NCBI GenBank assembly: GCA_951406725.2
Contig: OX597831.1
Span: forward strand, 25,358,001 to 25,422,000
Source: Octopus vulgaris
Lineage: Eukaryota
Length of the DNA: 64,000 nt
Reading direction: 5' to 3'
Made by a program: the position numbers and the translations under genes. The notes beneath the pieces are model-generated. The model made no database searches, had not been told where the DNA came from, and saw nothing but the letters and a program-made list of their open reading frames with translations. This document shows, piece by piece, positions 63,069-64,000 of the stretch; position 1 is the first letter of the stretch; each line of letters begins with the position of its first letter.

Positions 63069-63480
63069 CTCTTTACTCGTTTACTTGTTTCAGTCATTTT
63101 GACCTGCGGCCATGCTGGAGCACCGCCTTTCGTCGAGCAAATCAATCCCAGGACTTAGTGTTTGGAAGCCTAGTACTTATTCTATCAGTCTCTTTTGCCA
63201 AACCACTAAGTTACAGGGACATAAACACACCAGCATTGGTTGTCAAGCGATTTTGAGGGGACAAACACAGACACACAAACATATACATACACACACACAT
63301 ATATATATACATATATACGATGGGCTTCTTTCAGTTTCCGTCTACGAAATCTACTCACAAGGCTTTGGTCGGCCTGAGGCTATAGCAGAAGACACTTGCC
63401 AAAGGTGCCACGCGGTGGGACTGAACCCGGAACCATGTGGCTGGTAAGCAAGCTACTTACCACACAGCCACTTCTGCGCC
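63069..63480 (-). mobile_element. SINE family A, full length
   Basis: Family A consensus. Confidence 0.9.
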
Positions 63481-64000
63481 TTGTTGGCCATGTATTTGGT
63501 TAGAATCGAATGTTAAGGCAGAGGTGTACTTATATTTTCTCATATTTCATGAACAATAGAATTGTTGATTCCAAGCTTCCAATTATGTAACAGTATCACT
63601 ATAATCATAATTGCAAGGGTAACGAGAGATCTGTAGAACCGAAGCCTAAGATGTAAATTGAGATATCTTAATTTGAAAGCGTGCACTGATAGGTTTTCTC
63701 AATAAAGTCAACAATTGTTCCCAATATTCATTATTCAGTGATGTATACTTAGACATGTATACTTAGACAGATCTATACAAACATATATTCTGGATCTCCA
63801 CATAGTTTCTGACAATCAAATAACACTCAGAAAGTATTGGACAGTATGAAGCCATAAGAAGACATTTACCCAAAAGTACTACACTATTATATCTTTTATA
63901 AACATTGCAGCCTTCTTTGTATACATTCTTTTATCTTCTTTTACTTGCTCCAGTCTTTGGATTGTGGCACCGCCTTGAATGGCTTAGCCAAACAAATCAA

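Overview
AT-rich, microsatellite-dense eukaryotic DNA that looks intronic or intergenic. The repeat landscape resembles a coleoid cephalopod, probably Octopus; this is an inference from remembered SINE families, not a database hit. No host protein-coding gene can be supported. Nearly all ORFs in the track are microsatellite or SINE read-throughs, and the only recognisable protein sequence comes from 5'-truncated CR1/L2-group LINE 3' ends. The window holds dozens of copies of four SINE-like families (my labels A-D), two non-autonomous Helitrons, a Helentron/HINE-like element, and mariner- and piggyBac-type MITEs. The main signals are: (1) eight minimal type I hammerhead-ribozyme-like motifs with palindromic stem III, mostly in modules beside (TA)n tracts, as in Penelope-like retroelement pseudo-LTRs; one sits inside a tRNA-headed SINE-like element and two lie in a 1.45-kb near-perfect palindrome; (2) a two-copy structured repeat with compensatory base changes; (3) several snap-back inverted duplications; (4) a strong AG|GTGAGT recursive-splice-site motif at 21500; (5) a 3' tail shared between SINE-A and a LINE. 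All structures were read by eye, and interspersed-repeat boundaries are approximate (about +/-10 nt).
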